From an uncultured Gemmatimonadaceae bacterium (GTDB lineage: Bacteria > Gemmatimonadota > Gemmatimonadetes > Gemmatimonadales > Gemmatimonadaceae): a DNA stretch of 64,000 nt. Positions 48,112-57,199 of this stretch are shown here, one piece after another. Positions within the stretch are counted from its first letter, which is position 1. Each line of letters starts with the position of its first letter. Where the stretch lies: contig CAWBOC010000007.1 of NCBI GenBank assembly GCA_963790305.1, forward strand, positions 1-64,000. Direction: 5' to 3'. The notes below the pieces were generated by a model. It was not told where the DNA came from. It saw only the letters and a list, made by a program, of their open reading frames with translations, and ran no database searches. The position numbers were made by a program, and so were the translations under genes.

Positions 48112-49643
48112 CGCGCTTGTGGGCCGGCGAGCTCGTTCCGCTGCACATCGCGCTCTCCGCCATCGTACTTCTGTGGGATCTGTACGTGGCGCGCCGTATG
48201 ACGCAGACGCGCGGCGTCCCGCCGGTGATTGGCGCGCTCACCGGTCTCGCGGCGTTGCTCATCGCGCCGGCGTTGATGGTGGCGCTCGTCTCGGCCTCGA
48301 GCCTGTCGGGCCGCGCGCTCTACACGATTTCATGGGTGTGGCCCCTCACGGCCGTGCTCGTGACCGTCCAGGCCGCCGCAGCGACGGCACGGGGACACAT
48401 CGCGCGCACGGCGGGCATTCCGATCGTTCTCTACGATGCCGTGCTGGCAGCGGTATACGTGACGCGGTGGATGGTCGCCGAGGGCAATGCGCCACCCGAC
48501 TCGCTCCTCGCCCTGTCGGCGGCGCAGACCGGCGCGCAGGCGATCGCGGCCTCACGGCTCGCGATTCTCTCGCCCTGGTTCCTCCACATCCCCATTCTCG
48601 CGCCGGCGACGCCATCGCGAAGGCGGTTCGGCACCACTGTCCGAGTGGGTCTCGCGACACTGGCGGTTGCGTGGACGGTGCTCATCGCGATTCAGATTCC
48701 GCGGTCCACGCGGGCGCTCGCGAGCTACAATCGGTATGCCGACGATCGTCTTCAGGAGCGACCGGAAGGCGATTTCATCATCGGCCTGAAGCTGTTCCCT
48801 CTGCTGCGAACGGGTCCGCCCCCGCTCGCGCTCCGCACCGATCTCGATCTCGCCGACACGCTGGCCGTCGGAGCGATTTCGGTCTACATCGCCCCGGAGG
48901 GAGCCACCGCACGCGCACTCGACTCACTCGCGCGCTCATTGGAGCGTCAGCGAAGCGCGGGACGGCGCCTCATCGCCATCCTCGGCTACCCCGCCGGTGC
49001 GCGCGACCGGTGGGCGACGTCGCCGCAGCAGTACACAGACGCACGCGCTCGTGAGGCCACGCGCATCGCGCAACGGCTTCGCCCGGATTACCTCGTTCCG
49101 GTCGTCGATCCCTTTGGCGGCGGCCGGCGACAGCTCGGCGCGCTCGACCCTCAGCAGTGGGTGCAGCTGTTCGACGCGATCGCGCGATCAGCCGCCGCGT
49201 CGGACCCTCGCATTCGGATCGTCGCGCACATCGGCGGCTTTACCCGGCGCGACCGCGTGCTCTTCGACTGGGCGATGGGCGCCGGATCTCCCGCCGATGT
49301 GGTCGCGATCTCGTTGATGCCGTGGTACGACGGCGCCGAATCGCTCGATCGCGACATGATCGCCGCCGACAAGTGGATTGCCGCCGCGGGCTCGGAGAAG
49401 GATGTCTGGGTGCTCGAGGCCCGTGGCTTTCCGTCAGTTCACGGCGAGCTCAACCAGGAGCGGGCGCTCTGGGGCGCTCTCGCCTGGGCGACGTCGCGTG
49501 CGGCGGTGAAGGGCTACGTGGTGTATCAGGCGAGCGACTACGAGTCGCAGACGGGATTGCGCGCGCCCGGTGGAAGGATACGGCGAGCGGCGGCGGCGTT
49601 ACGGAGAGCGATACGGACGTTGCGCGAGCGCGAGGTGAGTTAA
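48108..49643 (+). CDS. Membrane protein with a C-terminal glycoside-hydrolase-like barrel domain
   Basis: About six N-terminal TM segments; C-terminal LRPDYL..., DVVAISL.PW, DVWVLE.RGFP, TGLR pattern. Confidence 0.55.
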   Translation: MTRLWAGELVPLHIALSAIVLLWDLYVARRMTQTRGVPPVIGALTGLAALLIAPALMVALVSASSLSGRALYTISWVWPLTAVLVTVQAAAATARGHIARTAGIPIVLYDAVLAAVYVTRWMVAEGNAPPDSLLALSAAQTGAQAIAASRLAILSPWFLHIPILAPATPSRRRFGTTVRVGLATLAVAWTVLIAIQIPRSTRALASYNRYADDRLQERPEGDFIIGLKLFPLLRTGPPPLALRTDLDLADTLAVGAISVYIAPEGATARALDSLARSLERQRSAGRRLIAILGYPAGARDRWATSPQQYTDARAREATRIAQRLRPDYLVPVVDPFGGGRRQLGALDPQQWVQLFDAIARSAAASDPRIRIVAHIGGFTRRDRVLFDWAMGAGSPADVVAISLMPWYDGAESLDRDMIAADKWIAAAGSEKDVWVLEARGFPSVHGELNQERALWGALAWATSRAAVKGYVVYQASDYESQTGLRAPGGRIRRAAAALRRAIRTLREREVS

Positions 49644-49649
49644 GACGCG

Positions 49650-49740
49650 AGGGCGCTGGAGAATGCGCTGAGAGCGCTGGAGTAGCGCTGAGAAACCCAG
49701 CGCTCGTCCAGACCTTTATCCAGCGGTGTTCCACCGCCCT
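49650..49740. repeat. Degenerate tandem-inverted array of GCGCTG(G/A) units between convergent genes
   Basis: AGGGCGCTGGA ... AGCGCTGGA ... vs CCAGCGCT ... TCCAGCGG ... TCCACCGCCCT. Confidence 0.7.
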
Positions 49741-49745
49741 TTGAT

Positions 49746-52370
49746 TTAGCCAACCCCCCGAACAATACCTTCGACCAATCGACTCTCGTCGAAGTACCGC
49801 TCAGCCAGCTCCCGCATCTCCCGCGCGGTCACCCCCATGACCCGGTCCTCGAACTCATCCAGCTCCTCGAGTCCCGTCCCCACGAGCCATGCATCGATGA
49901 GCTCCGAGAGCACGGCACCGCCGCTCTGCTGACGAATGGCATGCGTCCCGATGGCGTACGATTTTGCCTGTCGCAGCTCGTCCTCGGTCACCTCCGCCTC
50001 GCGCAGCTTCGCGAATTCGCGAAGCAGACCCTCTCGGGCTTCCTGCTCCTTGGCAGGCGACGTGGCAATGTAGGCGATGAACATTCCGGCCAAACGACGC
50101 TCGGCCGAATGGGCATGTACGGTGTACGCAAGCGACCGGCGGTCGCGCAGCTCATCGAAGAAGCGGCCGCCGAGCCCGCTGGCGACGCCGCCAATGAGGC
50201 TCGCTGCATAACGAGCGTCGTCGCGCCGGGTGGGTGACGGAAAGGCCAGCGCCAGGGCGGTCTGCTTCTTCTGGCGCGATTCAGTCACGATCGTCGGACG
50301 ATCGGGCCACGCGGGCGCCTCGAGCTCCGCCGGTTCGCGTGTCCGCAGCTCGGCGAACCGGTTGGCGGCCAGCGCGGCTGCCTCATCGGGATCGACATCT
50401 CCCACGATTCCGATGACCGCGGCGCCGTTCAGGACCTGCTGCGCGTGCCATGACCGCACGCGCTCCGCCTCGATGCGCGCGATCGTCTGCTCGACCCCGT
50501 TCGCCGGAACGCCATAGGGATGTCCGGCGAACGCGCCCTGCACCAGGAGCCGCATCGGATAGCGGTACATGTCGTCGCGCAGCAACGCGAGATCGGCGAT
50601 GGCGATCGTCTTCTCTGTCGCGATCGCCTCGTCCCCGAACGACGCGTCCGTCACTACCTCGGCGAGGAGTGCCATGGCGGCATCAATGTGCTGCGCGGGC
50701 ACCGAGAACGACCATCCGAAGCTTTCTGCGCCGGCCGACGGTGAGATGCTGCCTCCCAACGTCTCGGACTCCTCGGCGAGCTGCGCAGCGGTCCGGCGCG
50801 CGGTTCCCTTGATCGCGGTCCGGGCCATGATGCTCGTGAGGCCGGCATAGTCCACGGGCTCATCGCTCGCACCGCCCAAAATGTGTATGCCGAGATGGAC
50901 GATGGCGCTCGCCTTGCGCCTGACGAGTATCGGGATGCCCGACGACGTGCGATACACCCGCACGCGCCCGACCTCACGCTCGAGGCGTGGCGTATGCGTT
51001 GTGGGGGGCGTCGCCGCTGCCTGGACTGGGGGTTGGGTTGGCAGCACCGCGGGCGGAGATGCGTCGAGCAGCTCTCGCATCGTCTCGGCGTCGCGCAGGG
51101 TCGGCGACGCGGTCTCGGGCCGATAGAGGAGTAGCGCACCGAGCTCGGGAACGAGATATCGCTGCACCGCGTCGGTGACCTGCTCCGGAGTCGCGGTGAG
51201 CAGGCGCTCCAGATACTGATCGCCGAGCGTCCAATCGCCGAGCGCTTCCCACTCGGCGAGATGATTCGCCTGCCCCTCCATCGTCTCGAGCCGGCGGATC
51301 CACTGCGATTCGAAGATCCGGCGCGCGCGCCAGAGCTCGTCGCGCCCGATACCCGCTTCGCGCATGTCGCGCACCTGGCTCCAGGTCGCCCGCGCGGCGT
51401 CGATCGCCGTGTTCGGGGGGCCCTCGGCGTGCACGACGAAGACGCCGAGATCCGTCGGTGTGTAGTTGTACGCCGAGATCGATGCCGCGAGCTGCTGCTC
51501 CCGCACCGCGCGGTAGAGACGTGATGCACGCCCAGTCCCCAGCACGGCGGCGGCCGCGTCGAGAAGGGCCGTGTCGGGATGCATGGTCGGAGCGGTTCGC
51601 CACCCGAGCGCAAGCTGGGTTTGTGTGATGTCTCCCGTGAGCTCGCGGAAGCGAAATCCCTTGTGCTCTCGTTCCTCGGGACCAGGGCTGCGGGCCATGT
51701 CGCCATCAGCCAGCGGTCCATAGAGGCGCTCGACGTGACGCACTGCGTCGTCGGTATCGACATCGCCGACGATGACGAGAATGGTATTGCTCGGTTTGTA
51801 GAAGTTGCGATAAAACCCGGCGACGTGTGCGCGTGTGAAGGTGCGAAGCACCGCCTCCCGGCCAATGCGCCACCGGCGCATACGGTGGGAATCGTGCAGC
51901 ATCTCGTAGAGCGTCTCGACTGCGACCGCGCCCGGATTGTCAGCCTTTCGCTTTGCTTCCTGGATGATGACCTCGAGCTCCTTGCGCAGCTCGTCAGCGT
52001 CGATGACCGAGCTGGCGTAGGCATCGGCCTGAATCTCGAGTCCGGCTACGAATCCGCTCGAAGGAAGGACGGTGTAGTAGCTCGTGTAATCGTAGATCGT
52101 GCCGGCGTTCAGGTACCCGCCCGCCGATTTCGTCTCCTTGGAGATCTCGCCCACGCCACGAGTGGGCGTGCCCTTGAAGTACATGTGCTCGAGCACGTGC
52201 GCGATGCCCACGACGTCATCGGTCTCGTCGAAGTATCCGGCTTTCACGTGCGTGACGATCGCGACCACCGGCGCGGAGTCGTCCCGCCTCACGAGCACGG
52301 TGAGCCCGTTGGCGAGCCGCGTCCTGATCACGGTCTCGGGGGCGAGGAGCGGCAGCGACAGGACGGTCAC
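49746..52370 (-). CDS. M16-family zinc metallopeptidase (two-module)
   Basis: LANGL, GIAHVLEHMYFKGT (HxxEH), NAGT..DYTSYY, RFFDELRDRRSLAY. Confidence 0.93.
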   Translation of the reverse strand: MTVLSLPLLAPETVIRTRLANGLTVLVRRDDSAPVVAIVTHVKAGYFDETDDVVGIAHVLEHMYFKGTPTRGVGEISKETKSAGGYLNAGTIYDYTSYYTVLPSSGFVAGLEIQADAYASSVIDADELRKELEVIIQEAKRKADNPGAVAVETLYEMLHDSHRMRRWRIGREAVLRTFTRAHVAGFYRNFYKPSNTILVIVGDVDTDDAVRHVERLYGPLADGDMARSPGPEEREHKGFRFRELTGDITQTQLALGWRTAPTMHPDTALLDAAAAVLGTGRASRLYRAVREQQLAASISAYNYTPTDLGVFVVHAEGPPNTAIDAARATWSQVRDMREAGIGRDELWRARRIFESQWIRRLETMEGQANHLAEWEALGDWTLGDQYLERLLTATPEQVTDAVQRYLVPELGALLLYRPETASPTLRDAETMRELLDASPPAVLPTQPPVQAAATPPTTHTPRLEREVGRVRVYRTSSGIPILVRRKASAIVHLGIHILGGASDEPVDYAGLTSIMARTAIKGTARRTAAQLAEESETLGGSISPSAGAESFGWSFSVPAQHIDAAMALLAEVVTDASFGDEAIATEKTIAIADLALLRDDMYRYPMRLLVQGAFAGHPYGVPANGVEQTIARIEAERVRSWHAQQVLNGAAVIGIVGDVDPDEAAALAANRFAELRTREPAELEAPAWPDRPTIVTESRQKKQTALALAFPSPTRRDDARYAASLIGGVASGLGGRFFDELRDRRSLAYTVHAHSAERRLAGMFIAYIATSPAKEQEAREGLLREFAKLREAEVTEDELRQAKSYAIGTHAIRQQSGGAVLSELIDAWLVGTGLEELDEFEDRVMGVTAREMRELAERYFDESRLVEGIVRGVG

Positions 52371-53101
52371 GTTGCGAGCGGACGGCGCCGAAGAACGAGG
52401 AGGCCGAGTACGAGCCCGCTGATGCCCCATGCGAGCAGCCATAGCAGCGTCCTCGACTCCGCCGATTCCCCGCGCGCGAGCTGTAATCCAACGTCGCGCA
52501 ATTGGTGAAACGGGGGGAGGACGACGTCGAGCACTCGTCCCGCGCGGCTTTCGTGTGCGGGGTACACCGCCCGCAGCACCTGCGCCAACCCCCAGGTGGC
52601 TCCCATGAGCACCCAGTCGAACCGCGCGAGCGTCGAGTAGAGGAACCCGAGGCCGCCAAGGGACAGGTAGACGAGCACGATCATGAGCAGCACACGCGCC
52701 GGGAACACCGGATAGCCAAGCGCGTAGATCGCACCAAGCAGCCCGAGCGCCGTCAACACGAGGCCGATGCCGTTGACGACGTAGGCCTGCGCGTAGTATC
52801 GCGGAATCGAGACCGGCTTCGCGAACAGGAAGCGGTAATATCCTTTGACGCGATCGCTGGAGACGACGCCGTTGATGCCGATGAGTACGCAGATCAGCGA
52901 GAACTCCGCGAACAGCTGCACGATGCCATACCGCGCGGAGATCGCGGCCTGCAGGGGGGTCGCGGCCTCGTCGAGGTTGCGGAGGGACATGATGATGGGG
53001 AAGGTCATCAGCGACGCGACGATGAGGAGCGGGGCGCCTCGCTCGACGACGAAGTCGCGCGCCTGCCAGGCGAGATAGCTCCACATCCGCGCGCGTCTCA
53101 T
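52367..53101 (-). CDS. ABC-2-type permease-like membrane protein
   Basis: Six TM segments, DR.KGYYRFLFAKPVS; follows the ABC ATPase. Confidence 0.75.
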   Translation of the reverse strand: MRRARMWSYLAWQARDFVVERGAPLLIVASLMTFPIIMSLRNLDEAATPLQAAISARYGIVQLFAEFSLICVLIGINGVVSSDRVKGYYRFLFAKPVSIPRYYAQAYVVNGIGLVLTALGLLGAIYALGYPVFPARVLLMIVLVYLSLGGLGFLYSTLARFDWVLMGATWGLAQVLRAVYPAHESRAGRVLDVVLPPFHQLRDVGLQLARGESAESRTLLWLLAWGISGLVLGLLVLRRRPLAT

Positions 53102-54030
53102 GATTCGCCGCGGACAGAATCGGTTGACGAACGAACGGCCTCTCGGAACTGCGCCTCGAGACCGGAGTGTGCCGGAATCAGGGCGGTGATCTGACCACCG
53201 CGCGCGAGGAAGTCGGCAAGCCGCTGATTCAAGGCCTCGGCGTCGCCACCCTCGATCTCGAACTGCCCGTCCCCCAGCGAGCGCGCCGCCGGAAACACGG
53301 AGGGGACGAGCTCCGCTCCCAGTGCGGTCGTCAGGTGGTACGAGGCGGCGACATCTCGCGACGCGGCGCGCCGCGTCTCGACGACCCGCTGGAGCCGTCC
53401 GCGGTCGATGATCGCGACGCGGTCGCAGAGGCGCTCGAGCTCGTCGAGATTGTGGGACGCGATGAGCATCGTACGCTCGGGAGCGCGGAGCCGTTGAACG
53501 AGGTCCCGAAAGCGCTGCGTCCATACCGGGTCGAGTCCATGCGTGGGCTCGTCGAGGATCAGCACCTGCTCGTCGCGGAGCAATGCCTGCGCGAGTCCAA
53601 GGCGCTGGAGGTTTCCCTTCGACAGCGCCTTGAGCTTCTTGTGCCGGTGCTCGCCGATCCCCAGCTCGTCAATGACGGCCTCGACGCGCTCGCGTGCGAC
53701 GCTGTCGGGAAGCCCGGCCAGCACGGCAAGACGCTCGAGAGTTCCCTCGAGGGTCCACTGCGGATTGAGGGTGACGAGCTCCGACAGATACCCTATGCCA
53801 TGCCGCTCAATGTAGGGACGCGGGGCGCTGTCGGCGATGGTGACACGGCCCGCCGTGGGTGGCAGGTAGCCTAACAGCAGAGAGATGAGCGTGCTCTTGC
53901 CGGCCCCGTTAGGCCCCGCCAGCCCCATGATCTCGCCACGCCCAATGGTGAGCGTGAATTCCTCCACCGCGCGCACCGGCGGGCGAAAAAGCGAGGTATA
54001 GGTTTTTGAGACGGAATCGAACGCGATCAC
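53098..54030 (-). CDS. ABC transporter ATP-binding protein
   Basis: GPNGAGKST, LSKGNLQR, LILDEPTHGLDP, ASHNL. Confidence 0.94.
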   Translation of the reverse strand: MIAFDSVSKTYTSLFRPPVRAVEEFTLTIGRGEIMGLAGPNGAGKSTLISLLLGYLPPTAGRVTIADSAPRPYIERHGIGYLSELVTLNPQWTLEGTLERLAVLAGLPDSVARERVEAVIDELGIGEHRHKKLKALSKGNLQRLGLAQALLRDEQVLILDEPTHGLDPVWTQRFRDLVQRLRAPERTMLIASHNLDELERLCDRVAIIDRGRLQRVVETRRAASRDVAASYHLTTALGAELVPSVFPAARSLGDGQFEIEGGDAEALNQRLADFLARGGQITALIPAHSGLEAQFREAVRSSTDSVRGES

Positions 54031-55030
54031 GCCGGCGGTCGCTGCATGCGGGTGCCCCCTGGGCGGGCGCCGGCGGCGCGCAGGCGATCCACGGGCCCTG
54101 GCCCGCGCGAGTGAGGAAACGCTGTCCCTCGTCGACACGATTGAGCCGAATGAGCGAGCAGCCGAGGTAACCCATCGACGTGCGGTCGCGCGGCTGGAGC
54201 TCGAGCGCGCGCACGAACGCGCGCCGCGCCGCGTCGTAATTCCGCAGCGTCAGGAAGTAGCTTCCCAGCTCGCGGTGCGCCTGGTAGTTGCCCTGCTCGA
54301 GCTGCACGGCCCGGGAGATTTCGCGGCCCGCGGTCGCCAGGTCGCCCTGATCGCGCGCGACCCGCCCGAGCCAAATGTGCGGCATGGCGTCTTCCGGTCG
54401 CGCATTCGCCGCATCCTGGAACTCGGTGCGCGCGAGCGCGAGGCGCCCGTCACGATACGCTTCCTGTCCGCGCCGCATGGCGGCGCTCGGTCCCCCTCGC
54501 TCGAAGAAGAACCAGGCGGCACCAGCGGCTGCGAGCACCAGCAGCAAGGCGCCAATGGGAAGCCATGGAATCCGTGAGCGACGCGCGGGCACAGGTGTGC
54601 CGAGGGCATCGGTCGTCACCACCGCAGCCGCCGGTATCGCGGCTGTGGCCGTCGCATTCGCTCCGGCGCTCGCCGCCTCCGTGCGGAGCCCCTGGTCAAG
54701 CTTGTTGTACGCCTCGCGCGCCGCCTCGATATCGGCGCTCGTCGGTCGATACTCGGTGCGCTTTACCCGGTCGCGGGCCGCGAGAAAATCGAGCAGGGCA
54801 TGTGCCTGCTCGATGGAGATCATGTTCCGCTGCCGAAGCTCCTGGATGAGCGGCTGCCCGCCGAGCGCCGAGCCGCCGAGAAGGGCGCGCATGGCGACCT
54901 CCACGGCATTCCAAATGTCGAGGATGTCGGCGGCGATCTCTTCCGGGTTTTGCGTAATGTCCACCCGCGCCACGAGCGGGCGTGCGGGGGCGAGTGCCGC
55001 CATCGCGGCACGGTGGTGCGCCGTGATCAC
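53909..55030 (-). CDS. Membrane-anchored TPR protein; true stop probably at 54027 after a small indel
   Basis: Central TM, periplasmic TPRs; as read it overlaps the ABC gene by about 120 bp, while a TGA at 54027 couples to the ABC GTG. Confidence 0.7.
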   Translation of the reverse strand: MITAHHRAAMAALAPARPLVARVDITQNPEEIAADILDIWNAVEVAMRALLGGSALGGQPLIQELRQRNMISIEQAHALLDFLAARDRVKRTEYRPTSADIEAAREAYNKLDQGLRTEAASAGANATATAAIPAAAVVTTDALGTPVPARRSRIPWLPIGALLLVLAAAGAAWFFFERGGPSAAMRRGQEAYRDGRLALARTEFQDAANARPEDAMPHIWLGRVARDQGDLATAGREISRAVQLEQGNYQAHRELGSYFLTLRNYDAARRAFVRALELQPRDRTSMGYLGCSLIRLNRVDEGQRFLTRAGQGPWIACAPPAPAQGAPACSDRRRDRVRFRLKNLYLAFSPAGARGGGIHAHHWAWRDHGAGGA

Positions 55031-56146
55031 CGCACGATGCGAAGGAGTCCGGCGTCCGCGCTGCCGCGGATGAAGCTCTCGGCGTTGTGTGTCGGTATCA
55101 TGATGCCCGTGAGTGAATAGCCTCGACGGGCCTCGTTATGCATGAACTCCTGCACGGTGCGGCCCGCCCACTGCTTGTTGGCGTCCCGCATCTCTCGCAC
55201 GATCTGGTCCCAACTGCCAATGTACTCGCGACCCTCGCGCGTCATGATACGGTGCCGTGGCTCGATCGGGTCGCGCTGATCGGCGAGCTCGCTCAACAGG
55301 GCGCCGAATAGCTCCAGCTGTCCCTGCTGGCTGTCGCCCGTGCGCTGATCGTTGAAGCGCCCCTCGATCTCGGACAGCATCTCGTCCACGTCGTCGGGCT
55401 CGCCGGCCAGCTCGGCCAGCCGCTCGTCCCAGGGCCGCAGCTCAGGATCATCGTCCTGAAGTCGATAGATCGACTTCTTCAGCTCGACCAGACGCCAGAT
55501 CCCCAGCTCATCCCAGTGATCTTCCGGAGTCGTGCGGTCGAGGTGATAGAGCGCGGCCTCATAGTCGCCGCGATCATAGAGGATGTTCGCGAGATAGATC
55601 CGCGCCTCGGCGTGATCGTCGTCGATCTGAAGGGCGCGGCGGAGCATCGACACCGCGGAATCCTCCTCCCCAAGACGGTGCTGCGTGTACCCCAGCAGCG
55701 CGACGCCTTCCGCCATCTCCAGGCGCCTGCTGCACCGAGATCTCGAAGAACTCCCGCGCCTCATCGAAGAGGCTCTCGCGGAAGAGAGCGCGCCCCACCT
55801 GGAGCATGAGATCGAGATCGTCGCGGTACCCGAGCTCGAGGATGCGGCGGAACGTCTTCACGCCCGCTTCCTGCTGCCCGAACTTCATCAGTGTCTCGCC
55901 CAGGCCGGCGAGGGCGTCCTCGTGCTCCGGATCGAGCACCAAAGCTTCCTCGAAGCTCCGTCGCGCCCACGCATATTCCTCACGCGCGAGACGGGCGTAC
56001 CCCACCCCAATGTGGAGCTCTACCGAATGCGGGTAGAGCGCCAACCCTTCGCGAAGCACCTCGAGCGCCTCCTCGTACTGCCCCTCGTTATAGAGCTGAT
56101 GGGCGCGCTCGTCGTACTCTTCGGAACTCAGGAACGGGGAAGGCAT
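55027..56146 (-). CDS. TPR-repeat protein; +1 frameshift near 55720
   Basis: TPRs on both sides of the shift; removing one base restores QQAPEMAEGVALLGY. Confidence 0.78.
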
Positions 56147-56187
56147 GTCCAGCGGCACCTCCAACCGGAAGGGTAGGCCTCACGCCT

Positions 56188-56217
56188 ATACTACCACGAC
56201 GAAACCGCGAAGTTCAA
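56188..56217 (-). promoter_or_regulatory. Possible sigma70-type promoter for the TPR-ABC-M16 operon
   Basis: Minus strand TTGAAC-N18-TAGTAT with TGn extended -10. Confidence 0.35.
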
Positions 56218-56276
56218 GCAATAGAAGCAAATAGCGACTTGGAGGCGGGTGCCTCGCTCTCCTTGAGGGCCAAGGG

Positions 56277-57185
56277 TCATGGGCCTGCGGCCAGTTCGCA
56301 CGCTATCTCCGCCGCCAGCATGGCGTTGGCTTCGAGCAATGCCAGATTCGCGCCCAGTGACCGCCCACCTGTCTCACGCTCCACGGCCGCCAGTAGAAAC
56401 GGTGTAAGAGCGCCACCATGAACACCTTCGGACTGCGCTGCCCGCATCGCGCTCTCCACCGCATCCTCGACGGCGCGCCGCGGCAACGCAACATCAGCCG
56501 GTGGCGGCTGCACCACGAGCATCGCCGTTCGCCGGCCCAGCTCGCGGTGGGCGCGCCAGATCGCCGCCACTTCCTTTACCGTTTCTGTCCGCGTTGAAAG
56601 CGGCAGACCCGTCTCGGCGGTGAAGAATCCGGGCATCTCGCCCGTGCGATATCCAATAAGGGGAACGCTCAGCGTCTCGAGGCGTTCCAGGGTCGCGGGC
56701 ACGTCGAGGATGGACTTTGCCCCCGCACTCACGACGAGCACTGGCGTTCGCGCGAGCTCCACGAGGTCGGCGGATTCGTCGTACGTCACGCCGTCGGTGG
56801 CCCGGTGAACGCCACCGATTCCACCGGTGGCGAATGCCTCGATGCCCGCCAGCGCAGCAATCGCAATCGCTGCGGCGACGGTTGTCGCGCCGTCGGTGCC
56901 TCGAGCCATGGCCATCGGGAGATCGCGTGCGGACACCTTGCCTATGCCCTCGCGTCTGAGAAAACGCTCCAGCTCCGCATCCTCGAGCCCGGCCGTCACC
57001 ACACCGCTCACGACGGCCGTGATCGCCGGGACCGCGCCGCGAGAAGACACGGCGCGCACCATCCGCTCGGCAGCGTCCCGGTTCGCAGGGGCGGGGAGCC
57101 CCTGCGCCAACACCGAGCTTTCCAATGCGACGACGGGACGCCCGTCGCGCAACGCGGCCGCGACCGCCGTCGGAACGCGGACCAT
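56277..57185 (-). CDS. psuG: Pseudouridine-5'-phosphate glycosidase
   Basis: PVVALES, KVSARD, GATTVA, FATGGIGGVHR, DESADL.EL, GAKSILD, TPFLL. Confidence 0.92.
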   Translation of the reverse strand: MVRVPTAVAAALRDGRPVVALESSVLAQGLPAPANRDAAERMVRAVSSRGAVPAITAVVSGVVTAGLEDAELERFLRREGIGKVSARDLPMAMARGTDGATTVAAAIAIAALAGIEAFATGGIGGVHRATDGVTYDESADLVELARTPVLVVSAGAKSILDVPATLERLETLSVPLIGYRTGEMPGFFTAETGLPLSTRTETVKEVAAIWRAHRELGRRTAMLVVQPPPADVALPRRAVEDAVESAMRAAQSEGVHGGALTPFLLAAVERETGGRSLGANLALLEANAMLAAEIACELAAGP

Positions 57186-57199
57186 CCCCACCGAACCGG

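Noticed and set aside
49746..53084. 1112 aa M16 peptidase
   Set aside because: The first ~240 aa are an alternate frame of the permease gene; the coupled GTG at 52370 is the likely start.
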